Below are positions 1 through 13,130 of a stretch of DNA of 55,448 nt, piece by piece. The DNA is from Lophium mytilinum (lineage: Eukaryota). The DNA is taken from contig MU004187.1 of the NCBI GenBank assembly GCA_010093605.1, positions 1,054,001 through 1,109,448 on the forward strand. Reading direction: 5' to 3'. Each line of letters starts with the position of its first letter. The first letter of the stretch is position 1. The notes beneath the pieces were generated by a model. That model had not been told where the DNA came from. It saw only the letters and a list, made by a program, of their open reading frames with translations, and made no database searches. The translations under genes and the position numbers were made by a program.

Positions 1-957
1 ACTTTAGTACCCATCGAATGCATACCCATCTAATGTATTGAGAGTTCCGCAAGCTTGGCACCTCAACCATCCCCCATTTGAGTCAAAGGTGGATGTTGTG
101 ACATCCCATATCATCGCCGTTCAATTCTTGCTTAAAGAAGACTATTGCTGGATATTCAAGACCACTGAAAATCCGCCGACGCCAGCACGCAGACGAGTAA
201 CGACAATCGTGTGGGAACTGGATCCTGTGGCAAGAGAAAGCCTTCGCAGTTACGCAATGGTGGTAGAGGGCCCGTATGACCCTACGTTATCGGGATTCCA
301 GATCCCGTTAGGCCTTCAGATGCTCAAAGGAGTTGAGACATAGGAATAATAGCGTCCACGTCGCGACTTCTACCCAACAGGGACATATCAGAGATGCAGT
401 CCATGAAAATCTACTTTACCTCCCATGAACGCACAGCACAAGGTCATGTTTCAGGCAGCGAAATCAGAGCTATCCTCTGACCTGACGACTTCCTAGTAGC
501 AGGGAGGTAAAATAGACCGGCCCGGATATGCCCTTCGCTCGGATATGCCCTTCACATTCTCGTACGCCACTTTTAGGAGTACCTCCGTGGGGATTTCGAA
601 AGTAAAGTGCAATGTCAAGTTTCACGCCCCGGAATCCTAGTTGCCTTTTGATGGAACAGCTGCCTGGTAGCAGGGCTACTCCTGAAAGTGGTATCGAGCT
701 CCGGAAATCAGTGCTCAGGGAGATGTACTAATGTGGCCTAAAGCGAGACGGCTCAGGAGCTCAGTAGGGAAGCCGGCAAAGCAAAGCGCCTACTCCGATG
801 AGCCATGCCAGGCCAGACACTCCTTTGTGAATAGTCTAGGACTTCTCATAAATCTGACATCACGAACCATGACGGAAAACATGCTAGATCGTACAAATTG
901 AGAGTCTTCTGAATCATTGTAGCGTGCTGCATGTGAGGATCTACGACTGTAAAGATA

Positions 958-1542
958 GGACGAGCTTAATTACCACCCCCCCATTCTCTCCGTAGCACCC
1001 CCCTTTTCTCTTCCTAGCACCCCCCCTGCATTAAGCCTAGCTCCGGCCCGGATTAATGTTGTTTCACCAATTAAACTCACTTACTTGCCTCCGTATATTC
1101 TAGGCTGCAGTATCTTAAATAAGAGTCTATTTACTCTATCTACTCTAGCGACCGGCGGACTACTCTGCCAGCGGAAAGCGCCCTAGATGGCTACCGTCCG
1201 ATCTCTAACTAAATAGAATGCCAAATATACGTATACTAAGGCCTTACCCCAAATATCCTCCTACTACACCGGCTCCTTCACCACGGAACAGCCTCAGGCC
1301 TAGTTATTAATAAACTTTATACTATCCTCTATGGATGCATGTAGAGGAAGTAGTGTTATGTATTAAGAGTAAGTGCGCTAGTAATGTAAATTCTAAATTG
1401 TTTATAAGCAGGCAAGCGAATAAGTATAATTAGTGAAACAACATTAATCCGGGCCGGAGCTAGGCTTAATGTAGGGGGGGTGCTAGGAAGAGAAAAGGGG
1501 GGTGCTACGGAGAGAATGGGGGGGTGGTAATTAAGCTCGTCC
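958..1542. mobile_element. Non-autonomous DNA transposon (MITE), Mutator- or hAT-like
   Basis: ~130-bp near-perfect terminal inverted repeats (GGACGAGCTTAATTACCACCCCCC... / ...GGGGGGTGGTAATTAAGCTCGTCC). Direct repeat TAAAGATA at 950-957 and 1543-1550. TpA-rich non-coding interior. Confidence 0.9.
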
Positions 1543-1786
1543 TAAAGATAACCACTTGCTACGTAGATGACTTTTGTTACTGCTTTCGGGGGACCGAGAC
1601 GATGAAGACCTAGACTTTCGATTTTACACGCCCCGAAAGACAATACCGAAGCAAACACTCAAAATCAAAAGCGCGAAAACACCGAAACCAGTTACCAAGC
1701 AACCCCGAACTTCCCACATCCCATGCTTCCACCACATCACCCCAAATCCTTCTCACACTCCTTGTTCACCCGCCTCTTCAGAATGC

Positions 1787-4700
1787 CTACGGCCCTTCAT
1801 TCACCTCTTCGCCCACCCTCCCCTTTAGTCTACCCCCAAAATTCACAGCATGCGCCGTTTCCCGCGTAGAAGCTGGCTCTGACGACGACGAAGTCGGAAG
1901 CAAAAGTTTCTCCTTCCAATCTACGACCGCAATCAGCTGCTCCCCAGTCCACTCCACATAATCCATCTCGAAACTCAAAAGCTCGCACAAGCCTGCTGTA
2001 TAGCGCACGCCCACACAGCTGCCCTCTTTGGCCTCGTCTACGGATTTGTCGATGCAGCTGTGGAAGGTGTTCATTCTGTAAGTTTCGGCGATTCGTCCGT
2101 GGAAGGTCGTGTTGCAGTGGATGTAGAAGGAGACCGGCGAGTCTGATGGTTTGTAGATTTCGCCGTTTATGCCTGGGCAGAGAGGTGAAGTGGAGATTGT
2201 CGGGAGTGGAGACAGAGAGAAGTGGGGGAGGGTGGGATGGGTCGTGGAAGAGGGGCTCACGAGGAGCGAAGCGAGGGATAGTGCTGAAGATGGATACATG
2301 TCGGATGAAGCGAGCGATGGTTCCGTAGCGGGGGGTGAACTTAGCGAGCTTGGTGATGTTTCTGCCCTTGAGGGGTCGCTGGAGAAAGTGGAGCTCGACA
2401 GAGAAACGGTGGATGAAGCAAGTGACGTCTCGAATGTTGAAGGATCCGTGGACGGTGTGAGAGACACCTCTATGTGGAGAGAGGTAGTAGATGAAGGGAG
2501 TACTGTTTCTGGGTTCAGTGGTTGGGTAGGTACAGCCAGTAGTGTACCTGAACTTGCCACCTCGGTGGACAAAGGTAAGGGCGTCTCGGGGGTTACAAGC
2601 ACAGTGGACGACGTGACTAGTGAGTGAGAACCCGAGACTTCAGTCGGCGACGGAAGTGGTGTCTCGGGGATTGAAAGAACTTGAAATACTTGTGCTGCCC
2701 ACACATTTGGTGAATTGATGGTGGGTCCAAGTGTATCCTTCAATTCGCAGCGGTACCGTGCGGGGTATGTGCGCAGTGATACACTGAAGGGATAGAAAGC
2801 AACGTCCACACACGCAGCTTCAATGTCACAGTAATCCATGCAATACTCGAATGTCTCTGTCCAGATAGTATCCAGTAAATCTCCGTTGCGCGTGATGCTG
2901 CAGCTGACCTCGAAACTCGTCTGGTACGAGTAATAGGTTGTTCCATTTCGATCAGGACAATCTGATGGACGTGGGACGACGGAAATGCTACTGGAAGTAT
3001 TCGAGGCGTTGAAAGCAGTGACGGAATTCGCGGTCGTCGATATGGCGGATGATATTTTGGATGGTTCGATCGATGTCAGCGATGACTCAGACGACGTCTT
3101 GGATGGGTCAATATATGTGGTTAGTACTTCCGTGGATGTGACAGGGACGGTTTGAATAGTGGATAGCTCTACGATATCTCGTTTCCGCACACAGAGACCA
3201 AGGAAGTTCATGACACATGCTCGGCTTGACAACGCGATTGCTGATAGGCCAACGGTCGTAGGTAGGAGTCCGCTCGTAGTGGCCGCGCGGTAGCTAGTTG
3301 AAAGACTAGAGCTCTGCAATATGCTACTCGATGAAGAAATCGGAGACTGTGATGGTGAAATTGATATCCCCGATGTGGCTGAAGTTGACGTACTGCTTGC
3401 TGAGCTTCTTGTCGAAGTGGTTCCAGATGTCGAAGGTGATAGCGAAGGAGAAGGCGAAAGGGACGAAGAAGACAATTGCGACGTAGTTTGACCCGAGCTG
3501 CTTGTAGAGCTTCCTACTAAAGTCGTTCCGGCTGTTGAAGGGGACAACGAAGGCGATAGAGAAAGTGACGTTGAAGGCAATGACAGTTGCGACAATGATC
3601 TTGACAGCGTAGAAGTTGTAGAGCTTGACGTTGGTAGGTTTGATGTGGTAGTCCCTGTACTCGCGGAAGATATAGAGCCCTGTGAAATACTACTGGAGAG
3701 ACTCCCAGAAGTTCCAGTTGTAAGTATCGCTGAGGATGACATGGGAGAGGGCTGGACCGAGGTTGATGAAATTGAAGCGAACGGGCCAGACGATGTTGTC
3801 AAAATGCTGGAAGCTGTTCCAAGACTGGAGGATGAGCTGGAAGATATGCTCAAGGATGAGCTGGAGGATATGCTCGAGGATGAGCTGGAGGTGAAGCTAG
3901 AGGTGAAGCTAGAGGATGGGCTGGAGGATGAACTGGAGGAGAAGCTAAGAGAGGAGCTTGAGGATGAGCTTAAGGATGAGCTTAAGGATGAACTAGAAGA
4001 TGAGCCCAGAGATGAGCCCGGAGATGAACTGGAAGATGAGCTGGAAGATGAACTGGAAGAGGAGCTGGGAGATGAGGTCGAGGAGATGCCGGATGTAAAG
4101 CTGGAGGCAAAGCTCGAGGATGAGTCGGAGGTTGAGGAGATGCTGGATGTAAAGCTGGAGGTCGAGCTGGAGGATACTGGGCTTCCACTTTGCCCCGTTG
4201 AGGTGTAAAGACTGAAGCTCAAGCCCTGACTTGTGGTAGATATCAATGTTGATGTACCAGGCCCAGACCCCGAAGTTGCCGAGGAGAGTCCAAGAATTGT
4301 CGTGGTGTAGAATGATTGCCCTCCGACCGTTTGGCTGCTGCTAGTAGCTGTAGGAGGTGTGTAGATAACTGCATCACAGGTCCCCGGCTCAGATACCACT
4401 GTTCCAAAACCTTGTTTGAGAATGCATGATCCTGCAGCTGTATAAGATACGTCTACACAAGCTGAAGTCGCTGCACAAGCCCAGATGCACTCCACGAAGC
4501 TGAGACCGAGGACTGGGTCACCGAGAGTCTGATTTGATCTGACTACATCGGCAGTGATATATACCATTTTGGTCCCGAGCGTATACCAATAGCCACTCTT
4601 AAATCCGTAGCAAAATTTGGGGACGGGAGACGATGTTGAGATCGCGGCAATAGAGGAGGAGGACACCGAAGTTGATAATTGCGAAGTTAAGAGGCTAGTC

Positions 4701-7700
4701 GTAGAGGGAATTGTTGAAGCAAGTAGGGAGGATAAAGCCACAGTAGAAATTTGGGAGCCAGCGATCACTGTTGGCGTCGTGAGTGACGGTACGCCGACCG
4801 ATATAGCTACCGAAATATTTGGCGATGTGACACTGCTTCCAACCGAAGACGGAGAAGACGTTGGTATCTGAGCAGGTGAAGAGGTGGAGCTTAATACCGG
4901 CGCTGTTACAGAGATTCCACTGAGTGTAGATGAAAATATCCCGGATCCACTTGTCTGTCCAGATGACGATGAAGGAATTGTAGCTAGCGTAGACGAGGTG
5001 TTGTACGAGGGGCTTGTAGATGCAGATGATAAGAGTAAGGCTGTGGCTGCAGGAGACGTCTGACTTGACGAAGACGAGAACTGTGCTGTAGTTGAGCTCG
5101 AGATGCTAGGAAAAGACGATGATGGTATCTGCGTAGTCGTAGAATAGGTGGGAGCATCCGATCCGCTCGTTGATCCGATTGACAGTGATGATGCTGAGGG
5201 TATCGATAATAGCGAAACAGACGAGGGCGAAGCTTGTGATCCTGCTGTTGGCCTAAGCTTACCAAAATTGCCCAGCAAAATATTTGAGGCGGGCAATAAT
5301 ATCGGAGTTAGAGACGAGCTGAACGTACCACCGAGCGCAAAAGAGACGAGTCCGGACCCATTGGTTGGGCTCGCTACTAATGAAGACACTGTGGGGAAGA
5401 AGCCACCAGAAGACGACGCATTAAATAATCCTGCAAGAGAGCTAGGGGCAATAGGAGTACTATATAAGTCACTTATAATAGGCGATGCCATTGTGATAGC
5501 GGACAAGTTGGAAGCGCCTTGAATTGTTGATGGAAAGACACCAGATCCACTGGCTAGGCCGAATGAAGAGGAAGGTCCTATGGGAGAGAGCGTAACAGAC
5601 GCAGTGGGAGCGAACACCGCCGAAACTGGATATGTTGCTACTAAGCTGTAGGGAGCAGATAGCGTGCTAGTGTTGGGATTAAAATTGCTAGATGCCCCGA
5701 TATTGATAATCGGAACATTGGGACTGGTGCTTGGGAGTACAATGCTTGATAAGTTGCTGATCGGAACGACACTAAGAGTAGAGTTATTGATGATCTGGAT
5801 ATTAGTCGTTGGGTGACTAGTAATAGGGAGGCTAGTGGCCAAAGGGATGGTGGCAGAGACGCTATTGCTGAGGGTTGGTAGGCCGGTAGTAGAACGACCA
5901 ATAGTGGATAGACTGATGGTCGAGCTCTGATCTGTGGAAAAGTTCAAAGCTGACGTGTAGGTCCATATCCGAGTGCTCCTGCTCAATAGTTCGCTTGTGG
6001 AAAATGATGCTGGAAGGAGACCTGTCGACAGTAGGAGGCTACTGCCATTTAGGCCTTGACTGGGGTAAGCTGCCGAGAACGTGTAGCTTGACGAGTTTAT
6101 CGTAGGGATGCTTAGAGATAGCATGCCGCCATTCGAAGATGGTATCGCGGAGAGGCTGAAAGTCGGCTGGAGGACGACAGAAGAGAATGCTCCCAAAGAA
6201 CTCAGTGACGGGCTGGAACCTGTAGATGAGAATATTCCCGAAGGTAGTTGAGAAGATGTCGCCGGAAGTGTCTCGGACGAATTGAACTGGGTGAAATTTG
6301 AGGGTGAATTAGAGGCCACCGATGACGGCGTCAGTGACGCATTTGTTAAGAAACTAGACCAGCTTGGAAGGGTTGAGGTGGTGGTTGACTGGATAGCGAA
6401 CGCCGTAGTGTTGGAAATCGATGAAATTGAACTACGTAATGAGCCTGTACTGTAGAAGCTGGGACTCGGAGGCGATCCTAAGGAAGCTGTGGCTGTCGAG
6501 GATACTTCAGAGGGTGAGAGTGTGGATGAACCCGACTGTAGCATGGATGCCGATGATGGCGAAGTAGATCTGAAAGTGCCCATGCTTGAAATAGAAAAGA
6601 TCAAAACCGATGACGATATTGCGGCTACTACCGTCGTGTTGGGCGCGACTCCAGTCGTATCTAAGGATGCTGAAGTGATTGGATACATCGATGAGCTTGA
6701 AGATGAGCCACTTTGGGGAGCCGAACTCGACCCGGTGTCTAGAGAATTGGACGCGATGATCATCGATGGCAACAATATAGAGGTTGTTACTGCCGTGCTA
6801 GTGACAGACGAAGAGACTTGGGGAGCCACGGAGCTTGTCTGTGTTGAACTGTATATCGAAGTACTAGCGACTGAAGGTATAGTAGACTGAGTTCCCAGTG
6901 GTGACGAAACGGTAGATCCCGCAGACCCGGAAGTGGATGTTGTTCCCACCTGGAAGGAATAGCTCGTTTCTCCAGTACTAATTGTGGAAGAAGGTATATT
7001 CGAGGACGAAATCGGTGACGTGCTAGAGCTGGAACCGCTCGTTCCTAATGATATCGTCTCTGTTGTGGGGGAGATAGCTGTGAACACCTCTGACGTTGAA
7101 GTCTTGAGACTCGGAGAGCTCGTGCCTACTGATGCCGTCTCTACTGTACTGAGTATAGATGCGGAATTCATTGAAGACAATGGCGCCGAGTTGCTGAGAG
7201 AAGAACTTCCAGATCGCGATGCAGAAGAAGAGCTTGTGATAGCAGTGTTGGTGCTACTTATGCCAAAAGATGATGTCGAGGGCGTTGTCTGTATCGGTGT
7301 CAAGGCGCTGCTGGGCACTGTACTGATAGGAGACACCGAGATTGTGGAGGGTGTGCCGCTGGGCGATGCAGTACTCGAACTGCTGGTCGTGCTAGATGAG
7401 AGAAGAATGCTTGACGTTGTGCTTAGGCTAAGTGCTGAAATCGAGGAGACCGCTGCAAACGAGTCGGCCGGTTCCGCTGGAGAAAAAAAGGTCTTCCACC
7501 ATTGCCCCTCCAATACCTCCAAGGCCGGCGCTACTTTTGCGATCCAGTCTAGATTTTCGGGCGAAAGTTGGAAGTCTGGAACGAACTGACGAGCATGAAG
7601 GCCGTCTTGATTGTTCTTGCTCAGTTCTTCCAGGGGACTCGCGGGAATTGCTCCTAACGGGTCCACAGGGGGAGGAACATTTCCGAAGCTCAGCGAACTC

Positions 7701-7939
7701 AGCTCTGCTTCCCCAGTCACACTTGGACCAAACGGCTCTTCGTGAACAGTAAGAGAGCCATCACAGTATTCTGGGGAGTGCTCAATATCAGGAAAGAGTG
7801 GATGACAGTGATCTGTATATCATCAGCCTATGGGTGTTGAAGCAGTGGAAATCGTTTTTGTTAGCAACTACTTACCTTGACTACGGACTGCATTTGTGAG
7901 AAGATTGATCGCAACCAAAGCCGTGATGGTCCAATGCAT
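1787..7939 (-). CDS. Secreted Ser/Thr-rich mucin/adhesin-like protein with three PAN/apple-like cysteine modules (~2030 aa)
   Basis: Exon 1 7939-7876 encodes signal-peptide-like MHWTITALVAINLLTNAVRSQ. A GTAAGT...CAG intron at 7875-7813 splices in frame into the 1977-aa ORF. Cys modules at ~4370-4615 (CIWACAATSACVDVSY..CILK), ~2690-2960 (CMDYCDIEAACVDVAF..CELK) and ~1950-2180. Confidence 0.8.
3825..4175 (-). repeat. Degenerate 12-bp coding minisatellite (GAGGATGAGCTG-like on +) encoding a poly-Ser tract
   Basis: Repeated gaggatgagctg/gaagatgagctg units; translates as SSSS/SSSL/TSSF on the minus strand. Confidence 0.75.
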
Positions 7940-8367
7940 TGTGGCAATGTATGGAGTTTGGTAATGCTATCGTGGGGACCAACGTCCCGGCTTTGAGGCT
8001 GATATTGTAAAAGCTGCGCACGCGGGCTGACATTTCTGGAATGTGGGCTAGAGACGCGTCTAGCCATGGAAATAGACTGAGGAAGGGTTAAGAATGTAAT
8101 GGATCGGACTAGGTTCATGCGCTCTAGAAAGGTTGCATAGCTATGGAAAGGACTATCAAATAGGTAGAATACGAGAGTACTGTATTTAGTAAACGCTATA
8201 AAGACCATCGTACCACATTCGGAACCTGGTAGTCCGAGACTTCGAAAGGCCAAGGTACTTTTCAGTACTATAGATAACCTACTTGACTCAAGCTGCACCG
8301 GCAGTGAGTTCTGAACGAGAGGTGGTACAGGAATCTTAACTCCAAGCGAAGAAAAGAATGTATCATC

Positions 8368-8401
8368 ATTGCAAGCCTCGATTGCAAGCCTCGATTGCAA
8401 G
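8368..8401. repeat. 13-bp tandem repeat (ATTGCAAGCCTCG x2.6) in a divergent promoter region
   Basis: Read directly; lies between the start of the mucin-like gene and the CFD1 start. Confidence 0.7.
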
Positions 8402-8690
8402 GTCTAGAGTGGAGTACAATTCCTTGTCGAGTCGGAGGATGAGTCTGCAATTGCCCCCATCGCGAGGATGGAAAGGAGGATGCCGAAACTCGAAAAGAGA
8501 CGTTTAAGCAAGGCTAACAGCGGAAATCGGAGCGGAGCGGAACCCGCCACGTTATTCTATCGAACCGCCACCTCCAGCGGAAAAGCTTTGAAATCTGCAC
8601 CAGAAGGTTCCCAACCATCATGTGCGGTACGAATCGCCTCGACTCTACCGCCTGCTTGACCGAATTGCGACCCGACTGAAAATCCGAACC

Positions 8691-9677
8691 ATGCCTCTCG
8701 ACACAGTCAAAAACATCGTCCTTGTCTTGTCCGGCAAGGGCGGCGTGGGCAAGTCCAGCATTACAACCCAGCTCGCTCTGACCCTTTCACTACAAGGCCA
8801 CTCTGTCGGCGTGCTGGATATTGATCTCACAGGGCCTTCAATTCCAAGATTCTTTGGCATCGAGGATTCGAAAGTTCGACAGGCGCCCGGAGGCTGGATA
8901 CCGGTTCCTGTTCACGATGCTCAGGCCCCGCTATCACCCCGCGATTCTACCACAACAACTGCACAGAATTCGATAGGTGCGCTTTCTTGCATGTCATTGG
9001 GGTTCATACTGTCGTCTCGCTCCGACGCTGTCATCTGGCGGGGTCCGAAGAAGACGGCCATGGTACGCCAATTCCTCTCCGACGTCCTGTGGCCCGACAA
9101 TCTCGACTACCTCCTCATCGACACGCCTCCTGGCACCTCAGACGAACACATATCTCTCCTTGAAACTCTCCTCAAGACATGCACACCATCACAATTGTCA
9201 GGGGCCGTGGTTGTGACCACGCCGCAGGCCATAAGCATATCTGATGTTAAGAAGGAATTGAATTTCTGCAAAAAGGTCGGCCTACGGGTGTTGGGAGTCG
9301 TGGAGAATATGGCAGGCTTTATTTGCCCCAACTGCAGCGAGTGCACGAATGTGTTTAGTAAGGGTGGTGGGGAGATCATGGCCAAGGAGTTCGAGGTCCC
9401 TTTCCTAGGCAGCATACCGATTGATCCAGCATTCGTCTACCTGATCGAGGAAGGTATTCGACCAGTGTATCCTCAAGGCACGGTCATTGCTGGCAAGGAG
9501 GTCGGCAGCCAGGACCAGGAGAAACCCACATCGTTTTCCGCCAACGGACATGTCTCGAAGGAACAGACTTCAGGTCTGTTAGTTGACAAGTACCGGAGCT
9601 GCTCACTATCTCCGCTCTTCGACGGTATAGTATCGACACTCGTTACAGATATTGCGAGCCGTCGCGCAGTGTCATGA
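8691..9677 (+). CDS. CFD1: Cytosolic Fe-S cluster assembly factor CFD1 (Mrp/NBP35 P-loop ATPase)
   Basis: [49 protein letters not shown]-x4-CPNC. Lacks the N-terminal ferredoxin-like Cys extension of NBP35. Confidence 0.92.
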   Translation: MPLDTVKNIVLVLSGKGGVGKSSITTQLALTLSLQGHSVGVLDIDLTGPSIPRFFGIEDSKVRQAPGGWIPVPVHDAQAPLSPRDSTTTTAQNSIGALSCMSLGFILSSRSDAVIWRGPKKTAMVRQFLSDVLWPDNLDYLLIDTPPGTSDEHISLLETLLKTCTPSQLSGAVVVTTPQAISISDVKKELNFCKKVGLRVLGVVENMAGFICPNCSECTNVFSKGGGEIMAKEFEVPFLGSIPIDPAFVYLIEEGIRPVYPQGTVIAGKEVGSQDQEKPTSFSANGHVSKEQTSGLLVDKYRSCSLSPLFDGIVSTLVTDIASRRAVS

Positions 9678-11004
9678 AAATGACCAGGCCAGTCATGCCT
9701 ACGTAGTTCACGAAAAGCTGACAGGGGAAGACTTCGATCAGTTGAGTCTTCTTATTCTCGCTTCGGGTCGTTTCTTGTCAGATGTTGAGCGGCATGTTAC
9801 CTAGAGATAGAAGAGGACAACTCAAGCAGGAGCTTCTAAGTTCTTCACTCAGCCCTCAAGCTCTAGGACAAGCATCATAGATAGTCAAACCCGCAGCTTT
9901 GACCTGACCCACTGAGATGGCGTATATGAAGCGAATTCTAGGCACCCTAGACCATGACAAAATATAGAATGAGGCAACGTGCACAGTGAAAGCCGATATT
10001 AGTGTGAGCGGTAGATACCAAATATCAAATTACCCGAATCATAAATACAACTCCTTTAGCATAACCTTTATGCTCACCGGGATTTCAGGTTGTTGTTCCC
10101 TCCTCTTCATCTAACCTAGCCTTCTCAATCCACCCCAGAATCTTCGCCAAACACACCCCGCACCGTCTCTTACATGAGCACTCCTCCCCTTTTTTCCAGG
10201 AAATACATGAGCCCTATCACTCGTCTACCCATCTAAAAAACCCACCCCTTCACTAGTAAGCCAAATCCTATCTTTTAAACATTTCCGCTCATTTGAACTA
10301 GCTTTTAGCCCCCCAGATACAGCTTCCAGCACACGAAACAAACTTCCCCGAGACCCCTTCTCCTCCGCAGTGCCCCCGAAGCCAAGATCGAGCGCGTCTC
10401 GTCCACCCCAAGGACAGCGCCCCCGACTATGTAGCTGTGACCGCAGAGGTATTCCTCTGTGGGCGGCGTGAACCAGCGGATGTTTCAAAGGGAAGTCTCC
10501 ACGAGCATATTCGTGCTAGCGACGGTAGTAACGAAGGACGTCCGGGCTTACGCTGCGTGGTAGTGCATGTTAAAAGGAAGATTATGATTTGGATAGTTTG
10601 AGGGGGCTTGGCGGAGAGGGGTGTTAAGACTCCTGAGACGAAGGATAAGGGGAAGGGGGTGACTAAGAGAGTGCGTCCTTAGATCAAGTTTTCCTTTTTG
10701 ATTAGCAAGTAGATATCAGACATCATCTTGGATTGCAGACACTATCGATTTTGGAAATGCATCTGTAACTCTTGCGACCGCTGGTTGATAAGATATGTCT
10801 ATTTTCAATAAGACCGCACCCTCTTCCAAGCATCTCTTCGTTTAATGCAACAATAAGTCATAGACAACATGAAGTGGTATTCAAAGCAGTGCAAAACGCC
10901 TTGCTTCGTAGACCAATCATGACAAATCCTCCAGAAAGACAAATAGGGAATCGTACAGATATGGTAGAGTGACAACAAACACGATGGGCGAGTATCCAAC
11001 ATAA

Positions 11005-13130
11005 TCAGTTAAAGCCTCCCGGAACGTGATTGGTGCTCGGTGACTCTGGCACGGAATGGAAGCCGTCTTTCTTTTCTTCGCCCGGGGTTACCGCTTTTTC
11101 AATGGATGGTTCGTCCTTGGGTTTGAATCTTTCGGCCACAGCCTCAAGGCCATCCGCAGATGAGATGGAGTCTGAGGAGCGAAATGAAGTCCGATCATGC
11201 AGAGAGGATGGCGATGGTCGTCCGGATGATGAGAAAGATGAGGTGCCTGTCGCTTGGTCGTTGGTGGAGTGTTCGTTGGGGGACTCTGGGTTGATGCTGA
11301 GGGCCGATTTGCGATCACGAACGGGGTTTCGCGGAGGGAGCCTAGGCGGAATTGGCTTTGCCACCTGGACAACCCGGGCGCGGGTGATAACTTGCGGCGT
11401 TGAGGCGTGATGGATCTGGTGTATGACAGGCTCTTCTAGGTTGTCGAAGTCATCCGCCTCGTCAGCAGACTCGTGGCCATCAGTGTGTATTTTCAGGGAG
11501 TTCTCGGTATCGGTGGGATTTTCGAGCGTCTTCTCAGCATTTGTGCCCTCAGGTGTCCCATCAGCCGGCACTACTGAAAGGCTAGGCGTCTCTGTGATCC
11601 TGGCCCCCTCGTCAGTGCTCTTGTTTTCCGGAATCTCGGTCATGCGTGGACTGTTGTTTCCAGTGTTCACAGACTTCGTCCGCTGAGGGAGTGCAGGAGG
11701 GTCCATCTCTGTTTGGGTAGACATATCCATCGTCTGAACGCCTCGATCCATAGTGGTGCTCATTGTGCTAGTCCGCCAACTCGTTCTTCGACTAACGGAT
11801 CTACTTTCAAAGCTATGGCGGTCGGTGCTTTTTCTAAATGCGTTGTATACAGGACTGGAAGGACTAGGATTGAACTCAAACTGTTCGCTAGTGGGTCGCT
11901 TCTTCGTGCCAGCTTCTTTGATCTCGAAGCCTGCTTCCTCCAATGCAAGGACGCCGAATGGATCCGGATCCTCCTTGTCTGGTATGCCAAATGTGGTTCC
12001 GTCTTCTTCAACCTCGTAGTCTCCAGGTGGTGGTTCATCGGTCAACAAGGCCTGGTCAACGTCCCGATCTCCTTGCGCAGCCTTGATGGTTTCCATCAAA
12101 GTCTTGATTTCGTAAGGTGGATGTCGTACTTTGCCGGCGAGGATATCAGCGACACCGATCCTGTCGTGGTAGAAGGCCTCGTTCTCGTCTGTCCGCTCAA
12201 TGACAATGGTACCGTCAATCTGAACTCCGGCGTAAAATCCTCGCGATTTCAGGTATGTGAATATAGTGGATTGCCTCTTGTGAACTTCTGACTCCAGAAC
12301 TCCGCCTATTCCTACAGGCCCCGCGACTGCACTGATCTCTCCGCCAAGCGTACACCGGACTTTTGAAAAGGCGTCAAGGGCTTTCTGAGGGGGTGTTAGC
12401 TGCAAAGCCCGATATGTGGAGAAACCTTCTCACTTGGCTGTTTATTACGACCACACAGTCGTATATGTCTACGCCTACTAAGAAGCCCAGCCCGGCTGTG
12501 TGCAGGAGGATGCCTGAGGGCGGAGACCACGACCCGTCTGCTGTTCGTCCCACAAGTATGCCACTGCCGCCGGCACCCGAGACCCAAAGCCCGGTGCGCA
12601 TGGTTGTGAAGATTGCGAGCCCTTTGGCATTTTTGATAACCTTAGTTGTATGTCAGAACATGATAACCAGAAGGTATATTTTGAACGCGACGTACTTCCG
12701 GTGGTATCCGTTTGAGCACTTTCTGCTTTTGTTTTGGGCCATCGGCGGGCTGGACTTCTTCCTCCTGGTAGAACCCATCCTCTGACGACGTTTAGCGGGA
12801 GGTGACGGCTGAGACATGTGGAATACTTGCTGCAGAATGACCTGAGAATGCGTGCAGCTTTGTCGCCTGGAAACCATATCGTTAGCACCTCGAAGTCACC
12901 CCACAGCGAGAGCAACTTACACTCCTTGTCAAGTGTTGTAGGCCAAAACGCCTGCTCGTTGTCAGTCAAATCCCTATAGTCTACATATTCCCGCGACATA
13001 CCTCAGAACCAAGCTTGTTGGACAGCCTATTGACAGGTGCACCCAGCTTGTCGGCCCACCCCCATAACTTGTCAAATCCGGCCTTGCCGCCAGTCTTGGT
13101 TTTAGACCAGATGGCCTTCTTTTCCACCAT
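11005..13130 (-). CDS. Ysc84/SYLF (DUF500) actin- and lipid-binding domain protein, multi-exon
   Basis: Spliced reading MVEKK...LGAPVNRLSNKLGSE|AFWPTTLDKEC|DKAARILRSF, then GLWVSGAGGSG..WSPPSG and YLKSRGFYAGVQIDG. Several short introns between ~12380 and ~13000. Confidence 0.85.

Noticed and set aside
38..343. 101-aa ORF at the window start
   Set aside because: May be a gene fragment, but has no recognisable domain and no ATG start, so it cannot be supported.
3825..4175. CRISPR-like array
   Set aside because: Eukaryotic coding minisatellite without unique spacers.
2169..7589. Acidic plus-strand ORFs (e.g. 3645-4208 LEDELEDE..., 6984-7589)
   Set aside because: Antisense shadows of Ser/Thr codons in the mucin-like gene.
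7861..8400. 179-aa minus-strand ORF
   Set aside because: No recognisable motifs; the signal-peptide exon lies in another frame within it.
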